Shown piece by piece: positions 25,119 through 37,900 of a stretch of 64,000 nucleotides of DNA. Within the stretch, counting starts at the first letter, position 1; every line of letters begins with the position of its first letter. Under the pieces are notes generated by a model. It ran no database searches, had not been told where the DNA came from, and saw only the letters and a list, made by a program, of their open reading frames with translations. The translations under genes and the position numbers were made by a program. This stretch comes from Pecten maximus (lineage: Eukaryota), in assembly GCF_902652985.1 (NCBI RefSeq), contig NC_047015.1, forward strand, positions 32,488,001 through 32,552,000. Direction: 5' to 3'.

Positions 25119-26304
25119 TTACTTAGCTTGGAATCTGTAATGGTCGTACAACAGACTGCCTATCGTAAATTCAGAATGAAGAATTGTCCCAGGCTGATAT
25201 CCACTTGCTGCACAACATAACGCTATAGGAAGGAAGTGTTCTGGGGTTTTATGTGCACTTGAGAATGACTTCTCTTCAGAGCAAGCCAGGAACTTGTCCC
25301 TTCCGTTCGTTAGGGCTATAGTTGGGGTTGGACACCAGGTCGTGAAGCCACTCTCTGAATGGTTCGGCCCAAGGTAGATTTGACTCGCACATCCCCGAGT
25401 GTGAAGCGAACCCACTACCTATCACCAGAATGTTTTCCTTACTCAAGTCCGACAACGCCTCACCAATCTTCAGGTGTTCCCCCATGTCATAACTCTTCAA
25501 CAGTGATACTTCAACCACTAAAACACGAGGAAAACGAAATTATTGTGATAAAAATGTGCATTCTTTATTCATTTCTTTCGACTTTTTTGATAATTTTTTT
25601 TTGTATTTGTATCTAATATTTACTTAATTGTTACCTAGGAAGTAGTTTTGTTATTGAAAGAGCAAATATAATGTAGTTGTAGTTTTACACACAAACCACA
25701 ATACATGGCGAATTTACAATAGTTATTTTTTCATCTAACCTACCTCATGTTGAAATATGGATACAAACCAACGCTTCTTGTAATTCGTAATTGTGTGATT
25801 TGCATATCAAATAAAATAAATATCATCAAATGTACATGGTCTTAATTTCGAATCCACCTTACCTGGGATATTGGCTTCAGGGAACACCAGCTTTAAAGGG
25901 ATGAATACTCCGTGATCTAGTCCTCGTTTGTTGTCTTCATTACACGGAATTCCTCTTGCTTCAAGTAGATCTTTGACCCTCTTTGCCACATCGGGTGCCC
26001 CGGTTACAGGCCATCGTACCTCGTACGTCTCGGGAGGCCATTGGAAATCACCATAGTCATAAACCAAAGAATAATTTTCAGGTGATGTCACCGAGCATAT
26101 CTCTTCTTCCCAATGGGCACTAAAAACTACAAGAGCCTTTGGGGTGGTTATGCTGTGGTCCGTTACGAAGCTCTTCAAAACGTTTGCCGCAGTGGAGTCT
26201 TTATCCAAACCTTTTACCCTTGGCTCTGTTGTGGCATCCATGTAAAATGAAGGCCCAGCACCATGGGAAAGGAATATAGCGGGTTGGCATTCACTCACAG
26301 ACAT
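25119..26304 (-). CDS. DODA: LigB-family / 4,5-DOPA extradiol dioxygenase-like, copy 1 (two coding exons; 1-bp frameshift as assembled)
   Basis: Exons 26304-25863 and 25517-25119 with a phase-1 GT-AG intron. Motifs FLSHGAGP, SAHW, YDYG.F..PPETY, RGLDHGVFIPL, IGSGFASH and EHFLP. One extra G in GGG at 25298-25300 splits exon 2 into ORFs 25276-25518 and 25119-25415; 279 aa if corrected. The symbol denotes the family, not proven activity. Confidence 0.88.
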
Positions 26305-27705
26305 TTTCGCTTCACCCAGGGACTAAAGAAGATATGAAATATGTTTTAGCAAATGAGACCCATACTATCAACACTCATTGACCAAACTAGTATTCAAAAT
26401 CATTTTCAAAATGACAGAAAATGTATACTTGGAAACCTGCTATGGCGAATAACGACCGGAAAATTTCACGACAAACAGGCACAATTACAAATATGACACC
26501 GGCTACTAACGCTTAGATATATTCAAGCTAATACTGACAAAAACAATTTGGGTTTTCGTCAGCTAGATGCCACGTTGTGTATTTCAGTTCATTTTATTTC
26601 CCCACTCATTTGAAAAAAAAGTAACAAATCTGACATAGCTTTATGATATATGATTTGACATTTTATGGGCGCAGGCAAAACAGATGTCTCTATATCTATA
26701 TCGAAATTATGGGAATACAGTTTATCATTTAATGCATTTGTCGTAAAAAGTGCTATTATCTTATTTGATATTTCCTGTCTTTAAACATTATATCTCCCAC
26801 TAAGAACGTCAATGTGTACGATCAGTTAAATGTAATTGAACACAGAGTCGTTTTTTATCATAAGTTTCAGTTGCATCAGAGAATCCTAGCCTTCCCTATA
26901 ATACACACACCATGATGAGGACAGGTTTTTGACAAACTACCTGGGGGTACGTGTAGATCTATTACGAAATCAGCTTGACGCAATAAAATGTTTTCATTTG
27001 TAATGGACTATACAGCAGTCTGTATAGTAGTTATAAATATGTAGACACGCAATAAGGAGGACGTGTTTACTCTACATGTGTGTTATTAAGAGGGAAGCGG
27101 CATACCTCTTAAACATAACATACAATGCACTTCTAATCCACAATTATTTGGATAAACACAAACTATCATAACTGATATACAATACAACGTTTAGAATACT
27201 AGATTTATTCCACCTTTTTAATATGATAATAATCTGACGTGAAGTAGTGAGCATTACTAGCTCCTAAAGTCACAGGCTTACTTGTAACAATAGTATCCTT
27301 TTGAGAGACGACCCTTTTAGTCGCCTCATTTAAAATACAACTACTTTCTTATCTCCTGAAAAGTGGTTTGTTAATGTTGTAATAACGAATAGCGGACTAC
27401 GTGACGCCTGTTTTAGGTATTCCCTAACAAAGATCTTACTGACAACAGGAGACAACAACCACCTGTTTATATTGCCTCATTATAAAAAGGTGTTCCATTA
27501 TCTAATCAAGATATCAGATACGTGCTTTGTAGGGATGATCGTTTTGAAGATTCGAATGGGTTAATGAATATATCGAATTTGCTTTTAAAACAATAGTAAG
27601 TAATAGATCATTCACGAAATCAATTCTGAATGAGTCCATGTGGGTTATTTAGCATTGGTACCGTTAATGCTCTATCGGTTACTAAAGCAAAGGGGAGTGT
27701 GCTTA

Positions 27706-30700
27706 GATTTCTGGGCTTAGTTACAGTCACTAGAACTGATGAGAGTGATTTCTGTGTATAGTTACAGTCACTAGAACTGATGAGAGTGATTTCTGTGTAT
27801 AGTTACAGTCACTAGAACTGATGAGAGTGATTTCTGTGTATAGTTACAGTCACTAGAACTGATAAGAGTGATTTCTGTGTATAGTTACAGTCACTAGAAC
27901 TGATGAGAGTGATTTCTGTGTATAGTTACAGTCACAAGAACTGATGAGAGTGATTTCTGTGTATAGGTACAGTCACTAGAACTGATGAGAGTGATTTATG
28001 TGTATAGTTACAATCACTAGAACTGATGAGAGTGATTTCTGTGTATAGTTACAGTCACTAGAACTGATGAGAGTGATTTCTGTGTATAGTTACAGTCACT
28101 AGAACTGATGAGACTGATTTCTGTGTATAGTTACAGTCACTAGAACTGATGAGAGTGAGTTCTGTGTATAGTTACAGTCCCTAGAACTAAGGAGAATGAT
28201 TTCTGTGTATAGTTACAGTCACTAGAACTGATGGGAGTGAGTTCTGTGTATAGTTACAGTCACTATAACTGATGAGAGTGAGTTCAGTGTATAGTTATAG
28301 TCACTATAACTGATGAGAATGATTTGTTTGTATAGTTACAGTCACTAGAACTGATGTGAGTGATTTCTGTGTATAGTTACAGTCACTAGAACTGATGAGA
28401 GTGATTTCTGTGTATAGTTACAGTCACTAGAACTGATGAGAGTGATTTCTGTGTATAGTTACAGTCACTATAACTGTTGAGACTGATTTCTGTGTATAGT
28501 TACAGTCACTATAACTGACGAGACTGATTTCTGTGCTTAGTTACAGTCACTAGAACTGATGAGTCGGATTTCTGTGTATAGTTACAGTCACTAGAACTGA
28601 TGAGAGTGATTTCTGTGCTTAGTTACAGTCACTAGAACTGATGAGTCGGATTTCTGTGTATAGGTACAGTCACTAGAACTGATGAGAGTGATTTATGTGT
28701 ATAGTTACAATCACTAGAACTGATGAGAGTGATTTCTGTGTATAGTTACACTCACTAGAACTGATGAGAGTGATTTCTGTGTATAGTTACAGTCACTAGA
28801 ACTGATGAGAGTGATTTCTGTGTATAGTTACAGTCACTAGAACTGATGGAAGTGATTTATGTGTATAGTTACAATCACTAGAACTGATGAGAGTGATTTC
28901 TGTGTATAGTTACAGTCACAAGAACTGATGAGAGTGATTTCTGGGTATAGTTACAGTCACTATAACTGACGAGACTGATTTCTGTGCTTAGTTACAGTCA
29001 CTAGAACTGATGGGAGCGATTGCTGTGTATAGTTACAGTCACTAGAAATGATGAGTCGGATTTCTGTGTATAGTTACAGTCACTATAACTGATGAGAGTG
29101 ATTTCTGTGTATAGTTGCAGTCACTTGAACTGATGAGTCGGATTTCTGTGTATAGTTACTGTCACAAGAACTGATGAGAGTGATTTCTGGGTATAGTTAC
29201 AGTCACTAGAACTGATGAGAGTGATTTCTGTGTATAGGTACAGTCACTAGAACTGATGAGAGTGATTTTTGTGTATAGTTACAGTCACTAGAACTGATGA
29301 GAGTGATTTCTGTGTATAGTTACAGTCACTAGAACTGATGAGACTGATTTCTGTGTATAGGTACAGTCACTATAACTGACGAGACTGATTTCTGTGTATA
29401 GTTACAGTCACTAGAACTGTTGAGACTGATTTCTGTGTATAGTTACAGTCACTAGAACTGTTGAGACTGATTTCTGTGTATAGTTACAGTCACTATAACT
29501 GACGATACTGATTTCTGTGCTTAGTTACAGTCACTAGAACTGATGGGAGCGATTGCTGTGTATAGTTACAGTCACTAGAACTGATGAGTCGGATTTCTGT
29601 GTATAGTTACAGTCACTATAACTGATGAGAATGATTTCTGTGTATAGTTACAGTCACTAGAACTGATGAGTCGGATTTCTGTGTATAGTTACAGTCACAA
29701 GAACTGATGAGAGTGATTTCTGGGTATAGTTACAGTCACTAGAACTGATGAGAGTGATTTCTGTGTATAGTTACAGTCACAAGAACTGATGAGAGTGATT
29801 TCTGGGTATAGTTACAGTCACTAGAACTGATGAGAGTGATTTCTGGGTATAGTTACAGTCACTAGAACTGATGAGTCGGATTTCTGTGTATAGGTACAGT
29901 CACTAGAACTGATGAGAGTGATTTATGTGTATAGTTACAATCACTAGAACTGATGAGAGTGATTTCTGTGTATAGTTACAGTCACTAGAACTGATGAGAG
30001 TGATTTCTGTGTATAGTTACAGTCACTAGAACTGATGAGACTGATTTCTGTGTATAGTTACAGTCACTAGAACTGATGAGAGTGATTTCTGTGTATAGTT
30101 ACAGTCCCTAGAACTAAGGAGAATGATTTCTGTGTATAGTTACAGTCACTAGAACTGATGGGAGTGAGTTCTGTGTATAGTTACAGTCACTAGAACTGAT
30201 GAGAGTGAGTTCTGTGTATAGTTACAGTCCCTAGAACTAAGGAGAATGATTTCTGTGTATAGTTACAGTCACTAGAACTGATGGGAGTGAGTTCTGTGTA
30301 TAGTTACAGTCACTAGAACTGATGAGAGTGAGTTCTGTGTATAGTTACAGTCCCTAGAACTAAGGAGAATGATTTCTGTGTATAGTTACAGTCACTAGAA
30401 CTGATGGGAGTGAGTTCTGTGTATAGTTACAGTCACTAGAACTGATGAGAGTGAGTTCTGTGTATAGTTACAGTCCCTAGAACTAAGGAGAATGATTTCT
30501 GTGTATAGTTACAGTCACTAGAACTGATGGGAGTGAGTTCTGTGTATAGTTACAGTCACTAGAACTGATGAGACTGATTTCTGTGTATAGTTACAGTCAC
30601 TAGAACTGATGAGAGTGAGTTCTGTGTATAGTTACAGTCACTAGAACTGATGAGACTGATTTCTGTGTATAGTTACAGTCACTAGAACTGATGAGAGTGA

Positions 30701-32308
30701 GTTCTGTGTATAGTTACAGTCCCTAGAACTAAGGAGAATGATTTCTGTGTATAGTTACAGTCACTAGAACTGATGGGAGTGAGTTCTGTGTATAGTTACA
30801 GTCACTATAACTGATGAGAGTGAGTTCAGTGTATAGTTATAGTCACTATAACTGATGAGAATGATTTGTTTGTATAGTTACAGTCACTCGAACTGATGTG
30901 ACTGATTTCTGTGTATAGTTACAGTCACTAGAACTGATGAGAGTGATTTCTGTGTAAATTAACAGTCACTAGAACTAATGAGAGTGATTTCTGTGTATAG
31001 TTACAGTCACTAGAACTGATGAGAGTGATTTCTGTGTATAGTTACAGTCACTAGAACTAATGAGACTGATTTTTGTGTATAGTTACAGTCACTAGAACTG
31101 ATGAGAGTGATTTCTGTGTATAGTTACAGTCACTATAACTGACGAGACTGATTTCTGTGTATAGTTACAGTCACTAGAACTGTTGAGACTGATTTCTGTG
31201 TATAGTTACAGTCACTAGAACTGTTGAGACTGATTTCTGTGTATAGTTACAGTCACTATAACTGACGAGACTGATTTCTGTGCTTAGTTACAGTCACTAG
31301 AACTGATGAGTCGGATTTCTGTGTATAGTTACAGTCACTAGAACTGATGAGAGTGATTTCTGTGCTTAGTTACAGTCACTAGAACTGATGAGTCGGATTT
31401 CTGTGTATAGGTACAGTCACTAGAACTGATGAGAGTGATTTATGTGTATAGTTACAATCACTAGAACTGATGAGAGTGATTTCTGTGTATAGTTACAGTC
31501 ACTAGAACTGATGAGAGTGATTTCTGTGTATAGTTACAGTCACTATAACTGACGAGACTGATTTCTGTGCTTAGTTACAGTCACTAGAACTGATGAGTCG
31601 GATTTCTGTGTATAGTTACAGTCACTAGAACTGATGAGAGTGATTTCTGTGCTTAGTTACAGTCACTAGAACTGATGAGTCGGATTTCTGTGTATAGGTA
31701 CAGTCACTAGAACTGATGAGAGTGATTTATGTGTATAGTTACAATCACTAGAACTGATGAGAGTGATTTCTGTGTATAGTTACAGTCACTAGAACTGATG
31801 AGAGTGATTTCTGTGTATAGTTACACTCACTAGAACTGATGAGAGTGATTTCTGTGTATAGTTACACTCACTAGAACTGATGAGAGTGATTTCTGTGTAT
31901 AGTTACAGTCACTAGAACTGATGAGAGTGATTTCTGCGTATAGTTACAGTCACTAGAACTGATGAGAGTGATTTCTGTGTATAGTTACAGTCACTAGAAC
32001 TGATGGGAGTGATTTATGTGTATAGTTACAATCACTAGAACTGATGAGAGTGATTTCTGTGTATAGTTACAGTCACAAGAACTGATGAGAGTGATTTCTG
32101 GGTATAGTTACAGTCACTAGAACTGATGAGAGTGATTGCTGTGTATAGTTACAGTCACTAGAACTAATGAGACTAATTGCTGTGTATAGTTACAGTCACT
32201 AGAACTGATGAGTCGGATTTCTGTGTATAGTTACAGTCACTAGAACTGATGAGAGTGATTTCTGTGTATAGTTACAGTCACTAGAACTAATGAGACTGAT
32301 TTTTGTGT
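27706..32308. repeat. 41-bp satellite, about 112 copies, with higher-order structure
   Basis: Unit GTTACAGTCACTAGAACTGATGAGAGTGATTTCTGTGTATA. Confidence 0.98.
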
Positions 32309-32825
32309 TTTGTAGTGGACGACCATATAAAATATAGAACAATTAAATGCTTTTCGCTCCATTACATAGTGTAACGTATGTGTGTTACATATATAAATTG
32401 AATGTATCGGTGAGGCTTTGTCTAACCTGCTTAATCTTTAGGTTTAGGATTACGTAACATTTCTTACTAGGGGAAACGGATAAACACTTCATTAGCATTT
32501 TATACTCAAGTTTATAACAATTAGTTTCGATTTAAATAGCAATCTTACTGTACCTGTGTTTAAAAGCTACATATAACGTGTTCCTATCGCATTGTCAACA
32601 TTTAAATACAGAGAAATACATCCACTTGATTTACAATGCTATTTATCCTTTATACGTCACCTAGTCACACTTGTCCTTAACATTAGTTACCTAGGAGGAT
32701 TCATTTCCCAGGTAAAACAGTACAATCATGTTTTAATACATCAGGGTTTCTATCAATTAGTACTACACCATTATAACAGAGGATAGTCGACATGCGTTTT
32801 TTTTCCTACTAAAACAACTTAAGAC

Positions 32826-32937
32826 TACTGACACGCTAACAAACCAGTACTCATAACTCAAATAATCATATACTCTACTGACAGGCTAACAAACCAGTAC
32901 TCATAACTCAAAATAATCATATAATACTCTACTGACA
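32826..32937. repeat. Short tandem duplication (~50 bp, 2 copies)
   Basis: CTACTGACA.GCTAACAAACCAGTACTCATAACTCAAA(A)TAATCATATA repeated. Confidence 0.8.
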
Positions 32938-33646
32938 TTTTCGTTACAATATTAAGACCTCGTTACCTGTTTCTGGATAATAAACCTGAGTTGATCCCGT
33001 TCACTTCCACAGTTCTGAGGTTAACACTCAGAAAAGCCTCGACTTCTACGAAACAAGTGTTGCTTAAACATTGGCTGCGTCCACATTTCTTTTCCTTGCA
33101 TACGTAAATTGTATATATATTACAGTGCCTTTTAACGTAGGAGAAGCACTCAACCGTGTTGTCATTTTAGTTGATAAGTATTTGAGTGAAATGGTCTGGC
33201 TTCAGTAAACACAAGCTGTCAAGTATGCCTTAGCAGTTTTGTGTATAAACATCTACAAACTCTTCTATAAAACTTCATAATACATTATGTATGTGTGTAT
33301 ACATGCGACTGAGCCTTAGATTAGCGACGTGCTATACACTACTTACACGTGGTGTCACGTGGTATTGTTTAATCATACATGACGAAATACCTGACAAGAC
33401 ATGGCAGTCACTAACCAGGTGTTAATTAGTAATTATCATACGTAACAGTAATAACCTGAATTTCTTCAGTATGGCTTAAGGAGGCTATCATACATTACAT
33501 GTACCAAATATACACAACACTTTAAATGAATTATAATGAAGGAAAATCTTTCACATGCAAAAGAATATACTTTCTTAATCCTATAAACAAATAGTACCGT
33601 GAAATAGCAATTGAAATGGCCCATATACCATCAGGACAATGTGAAA

Positions 33647-36113
33647 AGTGTGAAGCCTAGACGGACACTAATGGACCATGTCATCAACATAATGTAAAAA
33701 GTATGAAGCCTATATACATACTAATGGACCATGTCATCAACATAATGTAAAGGTATGAAGCCTACATACATACTAATGGACCATATCATCATCATAATGT
33801 AAAAGTATGAAGCCTACATACATACTAATGGACCATATCATCAACATAATGTAAAAAGTATGAAGCCTACATACATACTAATGGACCATGTCATCAACAT
33901 AATGTAAAAAGTATGAAGCCTATATACATACTAATGGACCATATCATCAACATAATGTAAAAAGTATGAAGCCTACATACATACTAATGGACCATGTCAT
34001 CAACATAATGTAAAAAGTATGAAGCCTACATACATACTAATGTACCATGTCATCAACATAATGTAAAAAGTATGAAGTCTAGACACATACTAATGGACCA
34101 TGTCATCAACATAATGTAAAAGTATGAAGTCTAGACACATACTAATCGACCATGTCATCAACATAATGTAAAAAGTATGAAGTCTACATACATACTAATG
34201 GACCATGTCATCAACATAATGTAAAAGTATGAAGCCTACATACATACTAATGGATCATATCATCAACATAATGTAAAAGTATGAAGCCTCGACACATACT
34301 AATGGACCATGTCATCAACATAATGTAAAAAGTATGAAGTCTACACACATACTAATGGACCATGTCATCAACATAATGTAACAAGTATGAAGTCTAGACA
34401 CAAACTAATGGACCATGTCATCAACATAATGTAAAAAGTATGAAGTCTAGACACATACTCATGGACCATGTCATCAACATAATGTAAAAAGTATGAAGTC
34501 TAGACACAAACTAATGGACCATGTCATCAACATAATGTAAAAAGTATGAAGCCTACATACATACTAATGGACCATGTCATTAACATAATGTAAAAGTATG
34601 AAGCCTACATACATACTAATGGACCATATCATCAACATAATGTAAAAAGTATGAAGCCTACATACATACTAATGGATCATGGCATCAACATAATATAAAA
34701 AGTATGAAGCCTACATACATACTAATGGACCATGTCGTCAATATAATGTAAAAGTATGAAGCCTACATACATACTAATGGACCATGTCATCAACATAATG
34801 TAAAAAGTATGAAGCCTACATACATACTCATGTACCATGTCATCAACATAATGTAAAAAGTATGAAGCCTACATACATACTAATGGACCATGTCATCAAC
34901 ATAATGTAAAAGTATGAAGCCTACAGTTGTATATACATACTAATGGACCATGTCATCAACATAATGTAAAAAGTATGAAGCCTACATACACACTAATGAA
35001 CCATGGCATCAACATAATATAAAAAGTATGAAGCCTACATACATACTAATGGACCATGTCATCAACATAATGTAAAAGTATGAAGCCTACATACATACTA
35101 ATGGACCATATCATCAACATAATGTAAAAGTATGAAGCATACATACATACTAATGGACCATGTCATCAACATGATGTAAAAAGTATGAAGTCTACATAAA
35201 TACTAATGGACCATGTCATCAACATAATGTAAAAGTATGAAGCCTACAGTTGTATATACATACTAACGGACCATGTCATCAACATAATGTAAAAAGTATG
35301 AAGCATACATACATACTAATGGACCATGTCATCAACATGATGTAAAAAGTATGAAGTCTACAGTTGTATATACATACTAATGGACCATGTCATCAACATA
35401 ATGTAAAAAGTATGAAGCCTACATACATACTAATGGACCATGTCATCAACATAATGTAAAAAGTATGAAGCCTACATACATACTAACGGACCATGTCATC
35501 AACATAATGTAAAAGTATGAAGCCTACATACATACTAATGGACCATGTCATCAACATAATGTAAAAAGTATGAAGCCTACATACATACTAATGGACCATG
35601 TCATCAACATAATGTAAAAGTATGAAGCCTACATACATACTAATGGACCATATCATCATCATAATGTTAAAGTATGAAGCCTACAGTTGTATATACATAC
35701 TAATGGACCATGTCATCAACATAATGTTAAAGTATGAAGCCTACATACACACTAATGAACCATGGCATCAACATAATATAAAAAGTATGAAGCCTACATA
35801 CATACTAACGGACCATGTCATCAACATAATGTAAAAAGTATGAAGTCTACATACATACTAACGGACCATGTCATCAACATAATGTAAAAGTATGAAGCCT
35901 ACATACATACTAATGGACAATGTCATCAACATAATGTAAAAAGTATGAAGTCTACATACATACTAATCGACCATGTCATCAACATAATGTAAAAAGTATG
36001 AACCCTACATACTTACTAATGGGCCATATCATCAAAAAATGTAAAACGTATGAAGGCTAGATACATTATATTGGACAATTTCGTCAATAAAATGCAAAAC
36101 GTATGAAGCCTAG
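33647..36113. repeat. 52-53-bp satellite, about 46 copies
   Basis: Unit TATGAAGCCTACATACATACTAATGGACCATGTCATCAACATAATGTAAAA(A)G. Some units carry an 8-bp GTTGTATA insert. Confidence 0.98.
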
Positions 36114-36964
36114 ACTATGTTATATTTAAACTACAACCACTTTATCAATAACCATTAGTTGTATGAAGGGTCTTCCCTATTACGCTGTTAATAATAATTT
36201 CTTTATTTTACAAATTATACGATAACACTTTCCCAAAGTATAAGGGATGTCCAGGTGTGTAATTTGTCAATGGGATTAAGTGAGCATGCTATTTGTTAGA
36301 ATACATACCGGATACTAAAAGAAAAGTACATACATACTGTCTGTGAGAGAGTTTTTTTTATCAAACATGCCTGATTAATATCTAATTTGAAGAGAAACCA
36401 GGATGTGGGTGAAGCTCCATGATTTTATGACACCAAATACATCATTTATGAGCAATCTTATAAAATTAACCGCAATTTACACGTATGGCATTACATACAT
36501 TAACCTTCTTTACTTTATCCCTTAATAATGATTTACTTTTAATATAATACAAAACCTACATCAGCGATGTCCCTATTACGTAGACGTAGTGTTGCTATTA
36601 TTAGCGGGGTTAACGTCCACAATAACGACGTTTCGGCGGGCGACGTGTTGAGTCAAACGGACGAGTGACGTAATGAGTAACTGAAGATTAATATCACGTG
36701 AATAATGAGAATATCAAGTAAGTGTGTTATCGCCGCCATGCTATTTTTATTTTATGTTATTGTATTTTTTAGTGAAATAGTAAACTGAAGTAGAAACTTA
36801 AGTTTGATGATCGAAGTAACCAGTGTTTCCTTCCGTAATGAAATACTTTGTGTCGTTCTTATGACATGATCTCTAGCTATGCAAATTAAGTGACGGCATG
36901 ATTTCACGCCGTGGTGGACCGACTGTCTTAAGGAATTGAGAAGGTTTCCTAGTGTATTCCAGTT

Positions 36965-37900
36965 GATTTCGGTGTCTTCCAGATTTTATATATCAGTAAT
37001 TGGATGAACTCCAATTGGCTCAAGCTATATCAGGAAAGGACGGAACTAATAGTCTTTTCCCATAAGTGTCAGCACACTAAAGGTCTCCAGCTAAAGGTTA
37101 GTGCCCAAACAATTGAGGCAGTCCAAGTTGTGAGGAACCTCGGGGTACACTTTGATAACTGTCCGAACATGGCGAAACAGGTAAACGCTGTCCTGTTATT
37201 ACCAAATCAGAAACAGCGGGTGTATTTGACAGTTCATGACCACAGTTGCATGCAAGATATTGGTACATTCGTTTGGTACTTCTTGATTAGGCTATGGCAA
37301 TGCTTTGCTCTTTGTTGTAACTGATGCACTGATTAGCCGCCGGGAGAAGGTCCAGAACACTGCAGCATGCCTCAGGTTTCCCACACTCAAAAGAGGGAGC
37401 ACATCACACCAGCGCTTTATTCATTGCATTGGTTACCTGTGTATTTCAGGTCACAGTACAAGATTTTGATGTATATATACAAGGCAATAAATGTAACCAT
37501 TTCGGAGTATTTACAGGAACTTGCCATTCTCTACCAGCCGTCATGATCACTGTACATACGATCAGAGACAGAATCCTTGTTATGCGTTGCTGACTCTCGT
37601 ACTGAGGTTATGGTAACCGGTGCTTTGGAAAGGAAGCGGCCACTTTGTGGAACAGCTTATCAGTTGTCACCAAGAAGACCAAAACCCTGACCAAACTCAA
37701 GGGGATTAAAACTAACTTTTTGTGTGTGCTTTTTAGAGTCTCTTGCAGACGTCCATAATGTCGATAAAGGTTATATATGTTCTTTGCATTGTGTAACACT
37801 TGAAATATTGTGTACTATTATATCATTATATCAATGTGAAGCGCATTTAACAAATTTGTTAGTGCACTTTATAAATAATGTATATTATCACTATTATCAT
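36965..37900 (+). mobile_element. L2/CR1-group LINE, 5'-truncated, degenerate RT C-terminus and 3' tail
   Basis: WMNSNWLKL..ERTELIVF, VRNLGVHFD, KVQNTAA, REHITPALYSLHWLPV and ATLWNSL read across stops and frameshifts. Ends in ATAAATAA..(TAT/CAT)n. Confidence 0.85.

Noticed and set aside
27706-32308. Hammerhead ribozyme or C/D snoRNA array suggested by CTGATGAG in most 41-bp units
   Set aside because: The hairpin after CTGATGA is followed by AGAAC, not GAAA. The next core follows immediately, leaving no room for stems I and III or a cleavage triplet. There is no snoRNA-sized C/D spacing.
26900-33120. Upstream non-coding first exons of dioxygenase copy 1 (donor-like sites near 27281 and 32966)
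   Set aside because: Several candidate donor and TATA combinations exist, and none can be chosen without transcript data.
35622-35834. Repeat-derived ORFs (also 16970-17155, 12384-12602, 19146-19502)
   Set aside because: They are translations of tandem repeats with no independent coding evidence.
12520-36113. CRISPR-like arrays
   Set aside because: All arrays are head-to-tail repeats without unique spacers, there are no cas genes, and the context is eukaryotic.
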